From the NCBI GenBank assembly GCA_963715195.1, contig CAVQRT010000002.1, forward strand, positions 160,001 through 224,000: a stretch of 64,000 bases of DNA, given 5' to 3'. The DNA is from Thermodesulfovibrionales bacterium (GTDB taxonomy: Bacteria; Nitrospirota; Thermodesulfovibrionia; Thermodesulfovibrionales; SM23-35). The notes under the pieces are model-generated. The model saw nothing but the letters and a program-made list of their open reading frames with translations. It was not told where the DNA came from and searched no databases. Within the stretch, counting starts at the first letter, position 1. Every line of letters starts with the position of its first letter. Position numbers and translations under genes: made by a program. Positions 18,260 through 28,493 of the stretch are shown here, one piece after another.

Positions 18260-20488
18260 CTAAAATTCCTTGAACGGATTAGGTCCTATTTCTTTAACCC
18301 TTTCCACAAACTCATTTATCATATCCGGTAATTTATGATACTCATCAATCGCCACCTGCAACATCTTAACACGATCAGCCTCAAGTTGCAGCTTGTTCAA
18401 TGTCTCCCCGACCTTGCTGAACCGAACATTTGCGAGCTCACTGCCCTTGACGAAATGACATTGATAATTTTCACCGAATTTACATCCGATCAGGAGGAAT
18501 CCATCAATACCTTTTGAAAAAGCATCCGCTATCCAGACAAGATGCATTCCACCCAGGCACCTCAAAGGAATAATGCGAACACACGAGTCAATCGATTTAC
18601 GCTGGAAGGCCATGGTATCAATAGCCGGATACGCATCATTTTCGCATACCAGGCAGACGATCCGGAAATAGTCTTCCTCGGGGACATCGATTGCCTTGAT
18701 CATTGAACCAATAATATCGATGCTGTAGTCTTTAAATGAAACGATTCTCTCAGGGCAGGCCCCCATGCACGTTCCGCACCGCCTGCACCTGTTCACTTTA
18801 TAGAAGGGTATCCCCTTTTCATCTTCATCTATCGCTCCAAAGGGGCACTCTTCCGTACACCTCTTACATGCAGTACATCTGATCAGCTGAGGGTCAGGGA
18901 ACGTCAGGTCCCATGCCCGCGGATGAACTGCGACACCTTTGGAAATATGATCAATACATTGAATTGCTTTGAACGCGGCTCCTGCGGCATCTTCCTGTGC
19001 ATCCGTCATATTCATCGGCTGTCTTACCGGGCCGGCAGCATATATCCCTGTTCTCCGTGTTTCGTACTGGAAACAGATGAAGTTCGAATCTGCAAACCCG
19101 CACGCACCCTCAAGGGATGGTAATTCCGGGCCCTGCCGGTACGTTAAATTCAAAATAAACTCAGGTTTAGGAGTGGAGTCAAGGTAGGCTTTTTTGGCAT
19201 CATCACCCTGTGCAGCAGCCTGGGTTATGCCGTCAAGATATTCCTGGGGGGCTCGTGTAGTCGGCACCATTCCCGTAGCCAATACAACAAGATCAGCCTC
19301 TACCTTGATCTTTTCGCCAAGGAGCGTATTCTCCATCTCGACAAAGAGATTCCCGTTTCCTGCATCAGAAACTCCCTTGACATCGGCTTTTGTAAGCATG
19401 ATGCCGGGATCGTTCTGTGCTTCCCTATAAAACGCTTCAAGCCTCCCCGGAGTCCTGATGTCTATGTAGAATATCATTGCTAATGCATTTGGGTTCTGTC
19501 TCACATATCGTGCCTGTTTCAATGAGGTTGCACAACACATGGAGGAGCAGTAAGTAAGGTGATTCGGGTCCCGCTGTCCGGCACACTGAATGAACGCAAC
19601 CTTTTCGGCATCCTTTCCATCAGAGGGTCTCGAAATGGTGCCTTTCTTCGCGATCTGCTCGAATTCGATATTCGTGACAACATTCTTATACTTACCATAA
19701 CCAAGATAATCCAGTTTTGTCGCATCATAGGGCACCCACCCTGTCGCTACGATAATGGCCCCGATCTTACACGTTTCTGTCCCCGAAGCCCCCGCAATCG
19801 TTACATCGAACAAGCCGGGCTGCCCCTCAGTCTTTGCAACCTTCGACGACTTGTAAACCTTAATGTTCGGATGGGTCTCGACCTTTTGAACAACCTTGTC
19901 TATTTCCGTGTCAACAATAATCGGATTGTAATCTCTAACAGGGATTTTCTTATAGAGCTTATTTGCGAAACCCCCGAGCTGGGGATCCTTCTCCACCAGA
20001 ACTACTTTATATCCTGCATCCGCAGCATCAAGCGCAGCTGTCATACCCGAAATCCCTCCACCAATCACAAGGATATCGTTACTTAAGTCTTCAAGTATCG
20101 CAGGTGAAGGCAGGTCAGACTTCTCGGTTTTCACGATGCCCATGGTTACATAGTCTTCCGCAAGCGCCTGTGTTTCCTCATTATTCGGTTCCTGAGTCCA
20201 GGCAACGAATTCACGGATATTGACCCTCTCTGTAAGACACCCGGGGAAGTCAAATTCTTCGTATTTGACGCGGGGAGAACATGCAGCGATGACGATTGTA
20301 TTTACTCCATCCTTCTTCATGTCATTTTTTATCGCCTGAAGACTTTCAGGGCTGCATAAGATATCATGTACCTTGATATTCTCTTCCTTGATAGTCCCCC
20401 GCTTCGAAGCCTTTGCCAGTTTCTCTATATCAACAGCATCTGCTATTCCGCACCCTTTACAAATGTATACACCGAATTTCTTCTCCAT
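18260..20488 (-). CDS. qmoB: QmoB (HdrA-like flavoprotein plus ferredoxin plus MvhD-like domain)
   Basis: GGGISG FAD motif, QCAGQRD..YCSSMCC, two CxxCxxCxxxCP motifs, C-terminal CENDAY..RCLG..GCKFG. Confidence 0.94.
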   Translation of the reverse strand: MEKKFGVYICKGCGIADAVDIEKLAKASKRGTIKEENIKVHDILCSPESLQAIKNDMKKDGVNTIVIAACSPRVKYEEFDFPGCLTERVNIREFVAWTQEPNNEETQALAEDYVTMGIVKTEKSDLPSPAILEDLSNDILVIGGGISGMTAALDAADAGYKVVLVEKDPQLGGFANKLYKKIPVRDYNPIIVDTEIDKVVQKVETHPNIKVYKSSKVAKTEGQPGLFDVTIAGASGTETCKIGAIIVATGWVPYDATKLDYLGYGKYKNVVTNIEFEQIAKKGTISRPSDGKDAEKVAFIQCAGQRDPNHLTYCSSMCCATSLKQARYVRQNPNALAMIFYIDIRTPGRLEAFYREAQNDPGIMLTKADVKGVSDAGNGNLFVEMENTLLGEKIKVEADLVVLATGMVPTTRAPQEYLDGITQAAAQGDDAKKAYLDSTPKPEFILNLTYRQGPELPSLEGACGFADSNFICFQYETRRTGIYAAGPVRQPMNMTDAQEDAAGAAFKAIQCIDHISKGVAVHPRAWDLTFPDPQLIRCTACKRCTEECPFGAIDEDEKGIPFYKVNRCRRCGTCMGACPERIVSFKDYSIDIIGSMIKAIDVPEEDYFRIVCLVCENDAYPAIDTMAFQRKSIDSCVRIIPLRCLGGMHLVWIADAFSKGIDGFLLIGCKFGENYQCHFVKGSELANVRFSKVGETLNKLQLEADRVKMLQVAIDEYHKLPDMINEFVERVKEIGPNPFKEF

Positions 20489-20490
20489 CC

Positions 20491-21741
20491 CTACCTCCTC
20501 TTCACGCTCTGGATGCTCTTTATCGCAGCAGCAGTTGCATCCTGGACTGACCTTGCCACATCGGCAGGGCTTTTCATGGTTCCCACGGCGTACATCCCTT
20601 TCTTCAGGGCTGCATCATCAACAAGCCCGTCTGGCGAAAAGGGGATATCCGTGCCAAGCTTTGAACCCTTAACCTCCATGCCCGTTGCGAGAACCACCAA
20701 ATCGAAGGTCTCCTTTTTCTTTGCGCCGGCGGATATATCCTCCACTTCAACAACCACATTCCCGCCCGCTTCTTCGGTAATTCCAGCGACCTTACCTTTT
20801 ATTAAGACAACATTTGGATCTTCTTTTATTTTCCAATAAAATCTGGGCTCGTACAGGCCCGGGGTTCTGATATCAATATAATAAATGGTGATTTTTGCAT
20901 CGGGATACTGTTCTCTGATATATGTGGTGTGCTTCAGGGATGCGAGACAGCAGATATAAGAACAATACGGGAGATGATTTTCGTCCCTTGATCCTGCGCA
21001 TTGGACAAACGCAATATTCTTTACCTCTTTACCGTCTGATGGACGGACAATCCTGCCCTGGGTAGGACCGTCAGGGGCAGCCAGCCTTTCCATCATCATA
21101 TTCGTAATAGCATTCTTGATCTTTCCTGATCCGAGGATGTCCAGTTTCGCTGCATCATAGGGGTCCCAACCGGTCGCAAGGACAACTGCACCCACATTCA
21201 GCGTCACCTTTTCCGGCTTCATATCAAGATCGATTGCATTGTACTTGCATGCTTCAAGGCATGGTTTCATACAATCTTTTGAACAGGCCTGAGCGTCAAT
21301 GACATATTGGAACGGGAACGCCTGCGCGTGGGGCAAATACGCAGCTTTCGACTTGTTCATACCGAAATTGAAATCATCATCACGGTATGTGGGACAGGCC
21401 TGCGCACAGGCATCGCATCCAACGCATTTATCGTTGACATACCGCGGGTGCAGTTTTAACGAAACATCGAAATTCCCCTCTTCACCCTTAATCTCTTCGA
21501 CTTCCGCAAGGGTATAGAATTTAATGAGCGGATTATTCCTCATCCTCTTGAACTGAATCTCAAGACCACAGTTTGGAGGGCAGAGTTTCCAGAAGTATTT
21601 GTTGAGCTGTGTCACCCTGCCGCCAAGATACGGGTTTTTCTCTACGATATGAGCTTCAAGCCCTGCCTCTGCTACTTCTATCGCAGCAGTAAGACCGCTC
21701 ATACCGCCTCCAATCACCAGAACCTTCTTGTTTTCTGCCAT
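20491..21741 (-). CDS. qmoA: QmoA (HdrA-like flavoprotein)
   Basis: IGGGMSG, KLCPPNCG, QCAGSRD..YCSYICC; located directly downstream of aprA. Confidence 0.94.
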   Translation of the reverse strand: MAENKKVLVIGGGMSGLTAAIEVAEAGLEAHIVEKNPYLGGRVTQLNKYFWKLCPPNCGLEIQFKRMRNNPLIKFYTLAEVEEIKGEEGNFDVSLKLHPRYVNDKCVGCDACAQACPTYRDDDFNFGMNKSKAAYLPHAQAFPFQYVIDAQACSKDCMKPCLEACKYNAIDLDMKPEKVTLNVGAVVLATGWDPYDAAKLDILGSGKIKNAITNMMMERLAAPDGPTQGRIVRPSDGKEVKNIAFVQCAGSRDENHLPYCSYICCLASLKHTTYIREQYPDAKITIYYIDIRTPGLYEPRFYWKIKEDPNVVLIKGKVAGITEEAGGNVVVEVEDISAGAKKKETFDLVVLATGMEVKGSKLGTDIPFSPDGLVDDAALKKGMYAVGTMKSPADVARSVQDATAAAIKSIQSVKRR

Positions 21742-21834
21742 ATTGACCCTCCTTTAAGGCAGTAAATCACAAAAAGCGGGTTATACCCGGAAATATAACC
21801 TTCTTTTTGTAACTTACTCAGCAAGACGGGGAGT

Positions 21835-21843
21835 AGTATATCA
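21835..21843 (-). promoter_or_regulatory. Extended -10 promoter element for qmoABC
   Basis: TG-A-TATACT on the minus strand between the aprA terminator and qmoA. Confidence 0.5.
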
Positions 21844-21876
21844 CACTTGTCAACAAAAATCTCTTCCGGGACTTAT

Positions 21877-21907
21877 AAAAAAATGGGGGAGGTTTTACCC
21901 TCCCCCG
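21877..21907 (-). terminator. Intrinsic terminator after aprA
   Basis: GGGGGAGG-N6-CCTCCCCC hairpin followed by ATTTTTTT on the minus strand. Confidence 0.85.
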
Positions 21908-21918
21908 TCTCTGAAAGC

Positions 21919-23922
21919 TTACGGGTACATCTGAACGTACGGTACTTTCTTAAACTCCCAGGTATTGGCCTCTGCATTGTAAATAGAATTGGTAAAGCAC
22001 TTCCAGTTGGTGTCATCGATCTTGTTGAAATCACCTCTGTAGTAGTAGCCAGGATACCTGGACTCTTCCCTGAAGAGGATGTGGCGAGCATGTGCCTCGA
22101 CAGACAGAATTCTGTGGTAGTTTTCAAAGCACCTTAAGAGCTCATGAAGGTTGGCTGCTGCCATATGGTTACAGTCCTCTTTCAGCATTTCGAGTTTCTT
22201 GAGGCCTTCTTCGAGCATGGTCTTTGAGGTCATATACCATGTCGCGCAACCGCCAAAGTACTCATCGGCTATCTTCATCAGCCTCGCCTGGAGTGCTTTT
22301 GGACCGATATAATTGGGGTTTATCTCGGGATCGGTTGTGTAGGTTTTATATTTCTCATAGACTTCGAACGGCAGATAGAGTTCAGACGCAATCTCATCGA
22401 GGGACATTTTAGGATCTGGTTTGTAGTCTGCATGGTCAAGGATGTATGCGATTGCAGCCTTTGCTGCGATTCTGCCTTCTGCATGGGAGCCTGATGAGAA
22501 CTTGTGCCCTGATGCACCGACAACGTCACCGGCCATGAAGAGTCCTGGTACTGTGGACATCCTGTTATATCCCCAGGTGTAGTGTTCCGGTGTGCCAGGA
22601 AGATCGCCAGGGCCGCTTACCCAGAAGCCCGCGCAGCCGGCATGTGAACCGAGGAGATACGGCTCGGTCGGCATGATCTCGGAAGGAACCTTATCAGGCT
22701 CAACATTATTTGCCGCCCAGAGTGATGCCTGTCCGATAGCCATGTCGAGGAAGTCTTCCCATGCCTCTGCCTCGAGGTGTTTCAGCTTCTTTGCGCCGAC
22801 TTTCTCGCCGAGCTGACCAATAATTCTGTCGGAGAACTCTTTCATTGCGGTATGGGTCTGCATGAGGATCGGTCCCCTCCCGTCCTTCATGGCCCTCATC
22901 ATCAGGTGGTTTCTGATGGCGGTACCGAGATTCTTTGCATAGTCTCCATATCTGGCAACTGCATCGTCGAAGTACTCTTTGTCAGCACAATAGTCATTCC
23001 CGTAACTGTCAGTTGCTTTTGCCTTGAAGAAGAGGAACCATGCGCCGACAGGCCCATAACCGTCTTTGAACCGCGCAGGGACGAACCTGTTTTCCATGAG
23101 GCTCATCTCAGCACCGGCCTGCATGCCGAAGGCATACCCTGAACCAGCGCAGAACACCGGGTACCAGGTTCTTCCCATGCCTTCACCGACCGACCTCGGT
23201 CTGAAGCAGTTCACTGCTCCGGCAGTTGCGCAGAGCATTGCCTTTGCCTTGAAGGAATAAATCTTGTTTTCCCTTGTGCTGAAGCCGATGGCTGATGCGA
23301 CATTCTTGCCATTTTTATCCATGACAGCCTTCACGATGAATACTCTTTCAAAATGGTTCTGTGCAATGCCGGTCGCGGCCCTGTTCGTCTCAAGGGCCTT
23401 CTTTGCAGCCTCTGCAACGACAACCTTATAAGACTCACCATTGATCATGATCTGCCATTTTCCGGATCTGACCGGTGTTCCGCCGTCCTTCAGCATGGGT
23501 TTCCCTTGTTCCTTGGCCTCAGCACCGTCTATGGAGAACCCGTCATCGCCTTTTTTCCAGATCGGGAGACCCCACTCTTCGAAGCTATGAACCGAATCGT
23601 CAACGTGCCTGCCGAGGTCATATACCAGGTCTTCCCTGATGATGCCCATGAGGTCGTTCCTGACGTATTTCACATAATCTGCGACCTTGTTTTCACCTAC
23701 ATAGGTGTTGATAGCGGACAGACCCATTGCAACGGCACCGCTCCTGTCTGTCGCAGCCTTGTCGACCAAAACGACCGTCATTTTTTTGGCGTTCGCCCAG
23801 CGGCATGCCTCAAACGCTGCACCGCAGCCGGCCATACCGCCGCCCATGATCAGGAGATCGCACTCAACTTCGGTTACTTCGGGCTTTTGACAATATGAAA
23901 ATGTACAAGTTTCTTTTTCCAT
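21919..23922 (-). CDS. aprA: Adenylylsulfate (APS) reductase alpha subunit
   Basis: RSGAVAMGLSAINTY, WQIMINGESYK, RFKDGYGPVGAW, GHKFSSGSHAEGR, ESRYPGYYYR. Confidence 0.98.
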   Translation of the reverse strand: MEKETCTFSYCQKPEVTEVECDLLIMGGGMAGCGAAFEACRWANAKKMTVVLVDKAATDRSGAVAMGLSAINTYVGENKVADYVKYVRNDLMGIIREDLVYDLGRHVDDSVHSFEEWGLPIWKKGDDGFSIDGAEAKEQGKPMLKDGGTPVRSGKWQIMINGESYKVVVAEAAKKALETNRAATGIAQNHFERVFIVKAVMDKNGKNVASAIGFSTRENKIYSFKAKAMLCATAGAVNCFRPRSVGEGMGRTWYPVFCAGSGYAFGMQAGAEMSLMENRFVPARFKDGYGPVGAWFLFFKAKATDSYGNDYCADKEYFDDAVARYGDYAKNLGTAIRNHLMMRAMKDGRGPILMQTHTAMKEFSDRIIGQLGEKVGAKKLKHLEAEAWEDFLDMAIGQASLWAANNVEPDKVPSEIMPTEPYLLGSHAGCAGFWVSGPGDLPGTPEHYTWGYNRMSTVPGLFMAGDVVGASGHKFSSGSHAEGRIAAKAAIAYILDHADYKPDPKMSLDEIASELYLPFEVYEKYKTYTTDPEINPNYIGPKALQARLMKIADEYFGGCATWYMTSKTMLEEGLKKLEMLKEDCNHMAAANLHELLRCFENYHRILSVEAHARHILFREESRYPGYYYRGDFNKIDDTNWKCFTNSIYNAEANTWEFKKVPYVQMYP

Positions 23923-23941
23923 CGTATAATCACCTCCTCAA

Positions 23942-24361
23942 TTATTCAGTTCTTGCTGGGCTGTTAAAAAATCCCGGCTTTTTAATAGTTGCGAAATCAG
24001 GCTCCGGCTTGCCTGCATACGGATCAACAGAACCTTCAACCGTAGTTCTGATAGGGAATTTGAATCTCTTGGTAAGACCGCTTCTGAACTTAATTGTCCA
24101 CATGATTGAGTCAGTTCCTCTGAGAGGAATCGTCTGTGACCCGAGGGGAACAAAGTCTGAATACCCTCTCACCTCAATTGCCTGCTGAGGGCAGATCTTG
24201 ACACAGTTAAAGCATTCCCAGCACTGCTCGGGTTCCTGATTCCACGCCTTCATCGTTTCCCTGTCGAGGGCCATGAGATCGTGAGGACAGATATACTGGC
24301 ATGCAGTCTTATCCTGTGCCTTGCAACCGTCACACTTTTCGGTAATCACAAAACTTGGCAT
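23942..24361 (-). CDS. aprB: APS reductase beta subunit
   Basis: CDGCK...ACQYICPHDLM...EPEQCWECFNCVKICPQQAI...FKFPIRTT. Confidence 0.98.
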   Translation of the reverse strand: MPSFVITEKCDGCKAQDKTACQYICPHDLMALDRETMKAWNQEPEQCWECFNCVKICPQQAIEVRGYSDFVPLGSQTIPLRGTDSIMWTIKFRSGLTKRFKFPIRTTVEGSVDPYAGKPEPDFATIKKPGFFNSPARTE

Positions 24362-24508
24362 ATAACTACACCTCCTTTAAAATTAGTATTTGGGTTTGAA
24401 AGAAAAAACAGACGTCAGAGTGCCCTTCCACCTCCTTTCCATATAGTTGACAATATGCAGGAGGCCAGTACGGTTGATCCTTTTGATAACCTCCTGTATT
24501 GCAATACA

Positions 24509-25729
24509 TTATTTCTTTTCACCCTCTGCGTATTTGTGGAGCTTTATCTCAACTTTTTCAGTGAGGCCAGCATAATATTCTCTCAGAATATTCAGAACTT
24601 CAATGCGGCTGAACTTTGGTGTAACCTCTTCGCCTTCCGAAAGCATTTTTCTCAGCTTTGTTCCGCTAAGGAGGATTCTGTCTTCTTTCCCATGCGGGCA
24701 GGTCTTCATCGAGGCCATACCTTCACACGCGTTACAGTAGAAGGTCCAGTCGATGTTCAGCGGCCTGGTTTCGAGCGAACCTTCCGGGATTTCATTGAAT
24801 ATCTTCTGGGCATCGAACGGACCGTAGTACTCACCGACACCGGCATGGTCTCTGCCGACGATCAAATGGCTGCATCCGTAGTTCTGTCTGAAAGTCGCAT
24901 GGAGGAGAGCCTCACGCGGTCCTGCATATCTCATGTCGAGGGGGTAGCCGCCGACCTGAACGGTATTCTTCACGAAATATTTCTCTACAAGCACGTCGAT
25001 ACACTTCTGGCGGACGTCTGAAGGAATATCGCCCGGTTTCAGTTTGCCAAGAAGCATGTGGATATACACGCCGTCGGTGACTTCCACCGCTACCTTTGCG
25101 AGATACTCGTGGGAGCGGTGCATCGGGTTTCTGGTCTGGAATGCGGCAACACGGCTCCAGCCCTTTTCTATGAATGCCTTCCTCGTCTCGGCGGGACGCT
25201 GATAAATGGTTGGATATTCGGTCGGGAACGGGCCTTCGCTCAGGACCTTAACCCGTCCGGCAAGGTTAACCTCTGCCTGATCCATTACCATCTTGACGCC
25301 GGGATGTTCGATATCGGTAGTCTTATACACTTCCTTGCATTCATATGCCTTATCAATAGTGTACCGGTCATATACCTTCATGGTTGCCATGATTTCGTTG
25401 AACTCGGTGGAGAAAAGCGCAATCTCGTCGCCGTTCTTGATACTGTCGGCATCTGCTTTAGAACAGGAGACTGTTATCGGGATCGGCCAGAATGTTCCAT
25501 CTGCCATCTTGAAGTCCTTGCATACCCCTTTCCAGTCTTCCTCTGTCATAAATCCGGTCAGCGGGGTAAACCCTCCGATTCCCATCATAATAAGGTCACC
25601 GGTTTCACGAGAGCTTATCATGATCTTCTTCAGTCCCGCCGCTTTCTTTTTCTCTTCTGCCAGTTCTCCTGCCGTCAGCAAAAGGGGATTCAGTTTCTTC
25701 TCTTTTCCATGTGGATGTACTAAAGCCAT
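24509..25729 (-). CDS. sat: Sulfate adenylyltransferase (dissimilatory type)
   Basis: [35 protein letters not shown], Zn-site CNAC..TCPH. Confidence 0.98.
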   Translation of the reverse strand: MALVHPHGKEKKLNPLLLTAGELAEEKKKAAGLKKIMISSRETGDLIMMGIGGFTPLTGFMTEEDWKGVCKDFKMADGTFWPIPITVSCSKADADSIKNGDEIALFSTEFNEIMATMKVYDRYTIDKAYECKEVYKTTDIEHPGVKMVMDQAEVNLAGRVKVLSEGPFPTEYPTIYQRPAETRKAFIEKGWSRVAAFQTRNPMHRSHEYLAKVAVEVTDGVYIHMLLGKLKPGDIPSDVRQKCIDVLVEKYFVKNTVQVGGYPLDMRYAGPREALLHATFRQNYGCSHLIVGRDHAGVGEYYGPFDAQKIFNEIPEGSLETRPLNIDWTFYCNACEGMASMKTCPHGKEDRILLSGTKLRKMLSEGEEVTPKFSRIEVLNILREYYAGLTEKVEIKLHKYAEGEKK

Positions 25730-25778
25730 ACCAATTCCTCCTTGTTATATATTTTCAAGACCAAGCTTGAATTTTCTC

Positions 25779-26423
25779 TTAAAGCCCTAATACCTCGGTA
25801 ACTTTCTTGAATATCTCATCGATGCTGCCGGTACCAGCAACTGATTTCAGTATGCCTTTGCTCTTGTAATATCCGATTAACGGTTCTGTCTGTGCGGAAT
25901 ACACTTCAAGTCTCTTCTTGATAGTTGCTTCCTTATCATCATCCCTATGGAACAACTCTCCGTTGCATTTATCACAGGCCCCTTCCTTTTTGGGGGCGCT
26001 AAAGTAAACGTTGTACATCTGTCCGCACGCTTTACAGGTCCTTCTTCCCGTAAGCCTCTTCATGAGATCATCAAACGGGACATCAACACTTACAGCAGCG
26101 GTTAACGACATGTTGAGTGACGATAGCATTTTGTCGAGCGCCTCTGCCTGCGCAGTGTTTCTCGGAAATCCGTCGAGGATATATCCTTTTTTGCAGTCAT
26201 CCTGTTTGAGCCTCTCTTCGACCATGCCGAGGACAACACTGTCAGGGACGAGTTCCCCTTTGTCCATATATGACTTTGCTTCTTTCCCAAGGGGCGTTCC
26301 TGCGGATACGGCTGCACGCAAAAGATCCCCTGTGGAAATCTGAGGTATGCCATATTTTTCGATCAGTTTCTTGGCCTGAGTACCTTTCCCGGCGCCAGGC
26401 GCACCAAGCAATACAATTCTCAT
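25779..26423 (-). CDS. adk: Adenylate kinase
   Basis: GAPGAGKGTQA, STGDLLR, LDGFPR, and a Zn-lid CKAC...CDKC. Confidence 0.98.
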   Translation of the reverse strand: MRIVLLGAPGAGKGTQAKKLIEKYGIPQISTGDLLRAAVSAGTPLGKEAKSYMDKGELVPDSVVLGMVEERLKQDDCKKGYILDGFPRNTAQAEALDKMLSSLNMSLTAAVSVDVPFDDLMKRLTGRRTCKACGQMYNVYFSAPKKEGACDKCNGELFHRDDDKEATIKKRLEVYSAQTEPLIGYYKSKGILKSVAGTGSIDEIFKKVTEVLGL

Positions 26424-26666
26424 AATTCTACCCCCGTTAAATTTTTTGCAAGACTTTATTAAAAAAAATGAACTGCCTTATGTAAACTGCAAAGAAAAAC
26501 GCTTAAAAATTAGAGAATAATATGCTTTGTACAAAAATTTAAAATGCGTGGCAGAGCTTTACTTCAAAAAAAACAGACATATAAATATATTATCCATCAT
26601 GGTTTTAGTCAAATTCATATTTCTGATAGAAAAATAAGATTTCCTTATCGATAAACGGTTTTCGTT

Positions 26667-27281
26667 TCAGATTTGTTCTTTGCCACAACTTTCACGGTAA
26701 ATCCACAACTTGATAAATGTCTTGAATGCCTCGAGTGCCTGACCCCGGTGGCTTACCGCATCCTTTTCAACATCATCCATTTCGGCAAAGGTGCGGTCAG
26801 AACCCGACGGGTAAAATACCGGGTCATACCCGAACCCAGAGGATCCTTTCGGCGCTTTCCCGATATAACCTTGTACAGAACCAAAAAAGACATGTACCCT
26901 CTCCTCAGGCACTGCGAGAGCAATACAGCAGGTAAACCGGGCTGTTCTATTGTCGGCGGTGCGCATTTCCCTCAGCAATTTTTCGATATTCTTTCTGTCG
27001 TCTGCGGGTTCCCCGGCATACCGTGCAGAGTGGGTCCCGGGGGCACCATCCAGAGCAGCAACTTCAAGCCCCGAATCGTCTGCAAGTGCCGGTTTTCCCG
27101 TACAATGTGCGATAGCCACCGCTTTCTTTACGGCATTCTCCTCGAAAGTAACGCCGTCTTCCACAACCTCCGGGCATTCGGGAAAATCATCAAGGGTGAA
27201 TACAATCAAAGGAAGTCCTGCGGTAATCCGCTTTATTTCCGCTACCTTCTTTCTGTTTCTCGTTGCGAGCACTACTTCCAC
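26667..27281 (-). CDS. rdgB: dITP/XTP pyrophosphatase (RdgB/HAM1)
   Basis: ATRNRKK, ENAVKKA, ADDSGL, GFGYDPVF, SHRG. Confidence 0.96.
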   Translation of the reverse strand: MEVVLATRNRKKVAEIKRITAGLPLIVFTLDDFPECPEVVEDGVTFEENAVKKAVAIAHCTGKPALADDSGLEVAALDGAPGTHSARYAGEPADDRKNIEKLLREMRTADNRTARFTCCIALAVPEERVHVFFGSVQGYIGKAPKGSSGFGYDPVFYPSGSDRTFAEMDDVEKDAVSHRGQALEAFKTFIKLWIYRESCGKEQI

Positions 27282-27449
27282 AGTACATGCCTTTCCGGTA
27301 GTTTCAGGTGAGGCTAAAAAATTCTGCAGGTGCAGTTTTGTCTCATACTATACCATATGTTCTATATGTCCAATCTATACGATAGTTATGCATTTTGGAC
27401 CGGCCTCTCCTCTGGGGACAAGAAATATTTTCCCTTGTGACTTCAAAAT

Positions 27450-28469
27450 ATGGTAAAAAACCATATGCATGAACATGGAATAGAGTATTCAGAAGTCCGG
27501 CAGTTCAGCCCCGACGATCTCAGAGACCAAATTGCCCGGTGGATAGAACCGGACCGTGTTCCGAAGCGATTCAATATCATCACTGACACTTCTGATTTCT
27601 ACCGGGTCGATTACGATGATGTTGTCATCCTCGGGGACAGACCTTACCTGATCCGAAACAATGAACGGGAAGGTCGCTTCGGAATTGATGATCAGCAGAA
27701 ATACTGGGTGAAGCGTGCACTGGATCTCTCTGACGGCACCGTGAAAATCATAAAACTCGTTTTCCATGAGCGGTTCCAGGCAACGGTCGGCGGGATCGTC
27801 TTTGATTGTTACCGAAGCCCCCAAAAAGAGGCCCGGATTCTCGCTCTCACCAGAGGTCATCCCCGCTTCATGCAGGGGTTTTCGGTCAGGGACTCATCGA
27901 ATAACATTATACGGGTCCTCGACTTCATCAAAGGAAAAACATTAGCTGACACAGTGCCCCTGCTTGGGAATGACCACGAGGATTATTTCCATAACCACCT
28001 GCCGTATCTATTTGATGAATTCGTTGACCTGGTTCAGGCAATACATTTCCTCCACAGTCATCGGGAAAAGCACGGTGATATCAGACGTGATCACATCATA
28101 AGGGATACAGCAACAGGCCTCGCACGCTGGATTGATTTTGACTTCAACTATCTCCATAAAGAAAACATGTTTGGATACGACCTTTTCGGGCTCGGGAACA
28201 TACTTGTTTATCTCGCCGGACGGGGAGATGTGACAGTACAAAAGCTCCAGCAGGAGTCATCTCCCGCCCTAGCCCGGTTAACCCCAAATGATTTCAATAT
28301 TATTTTCAACAACAGAGTGGTAAATTTGCAGAAGGTCTATTCTTATGTGCCGGAAGCGCTTACGTTCATTCTCCTCCATTTTTCCGTCGGCGCAAGTATT
28401 CATTACGATACAACAGAACAATTTCTGCATGATTTGCTGGAAGCAAGGGAGCACCTTAGGCATAAATAA
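27450..28469 (+). CDS. Protein-kinase-like fold protein (atypical Ser/Thr kinase); start may be 27465
   Basis: EGRFG Gly-loop-like segment, IIKLV, KEARIL, HGDIRRDHI catalytic-loop-like motif, WIDFD, DLFGLG. Confidence 0.75.
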   Translation: MVKNHMHEHGIEYSEVRQFSPDDLRDQIARWIEPDRVPKRFNIITDTSDFYRVDYDDVVILGDRPYLIRNNEREGRFGIDDQQKYWVKRALDLSDGTVKIIKLVFHERFQATVGGIVFDCYRSPQKEARILALTRGHPRFMQGFSVRDSSNNIIRVLDFIKGKTLADTVPLLGNDHEDYFHNHLPYLFDEFVDLVQAIHFLHSHREKHGDIRRDHIIRDTATGLARWIDFDFNYLHKENMFGYDLFGLGNILVYLAGRGDVTVQKLQQESSPALARLTPNDFNIIFNNRVVNLQKVYSYVPEALTFILLHFSVGASIHYDTTEQFLHDLLEAREHLRHK

Positions 28470-28493
28470 GCGAACTATTGGAAGGGAGATGTT

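Noticed and set aside
16970..21741. Selenocysteine recoding in HdrA-like Qmo subunits
   Set aside because: The ORFs are full length with Cys at the motif positions and no in-frame TGA.
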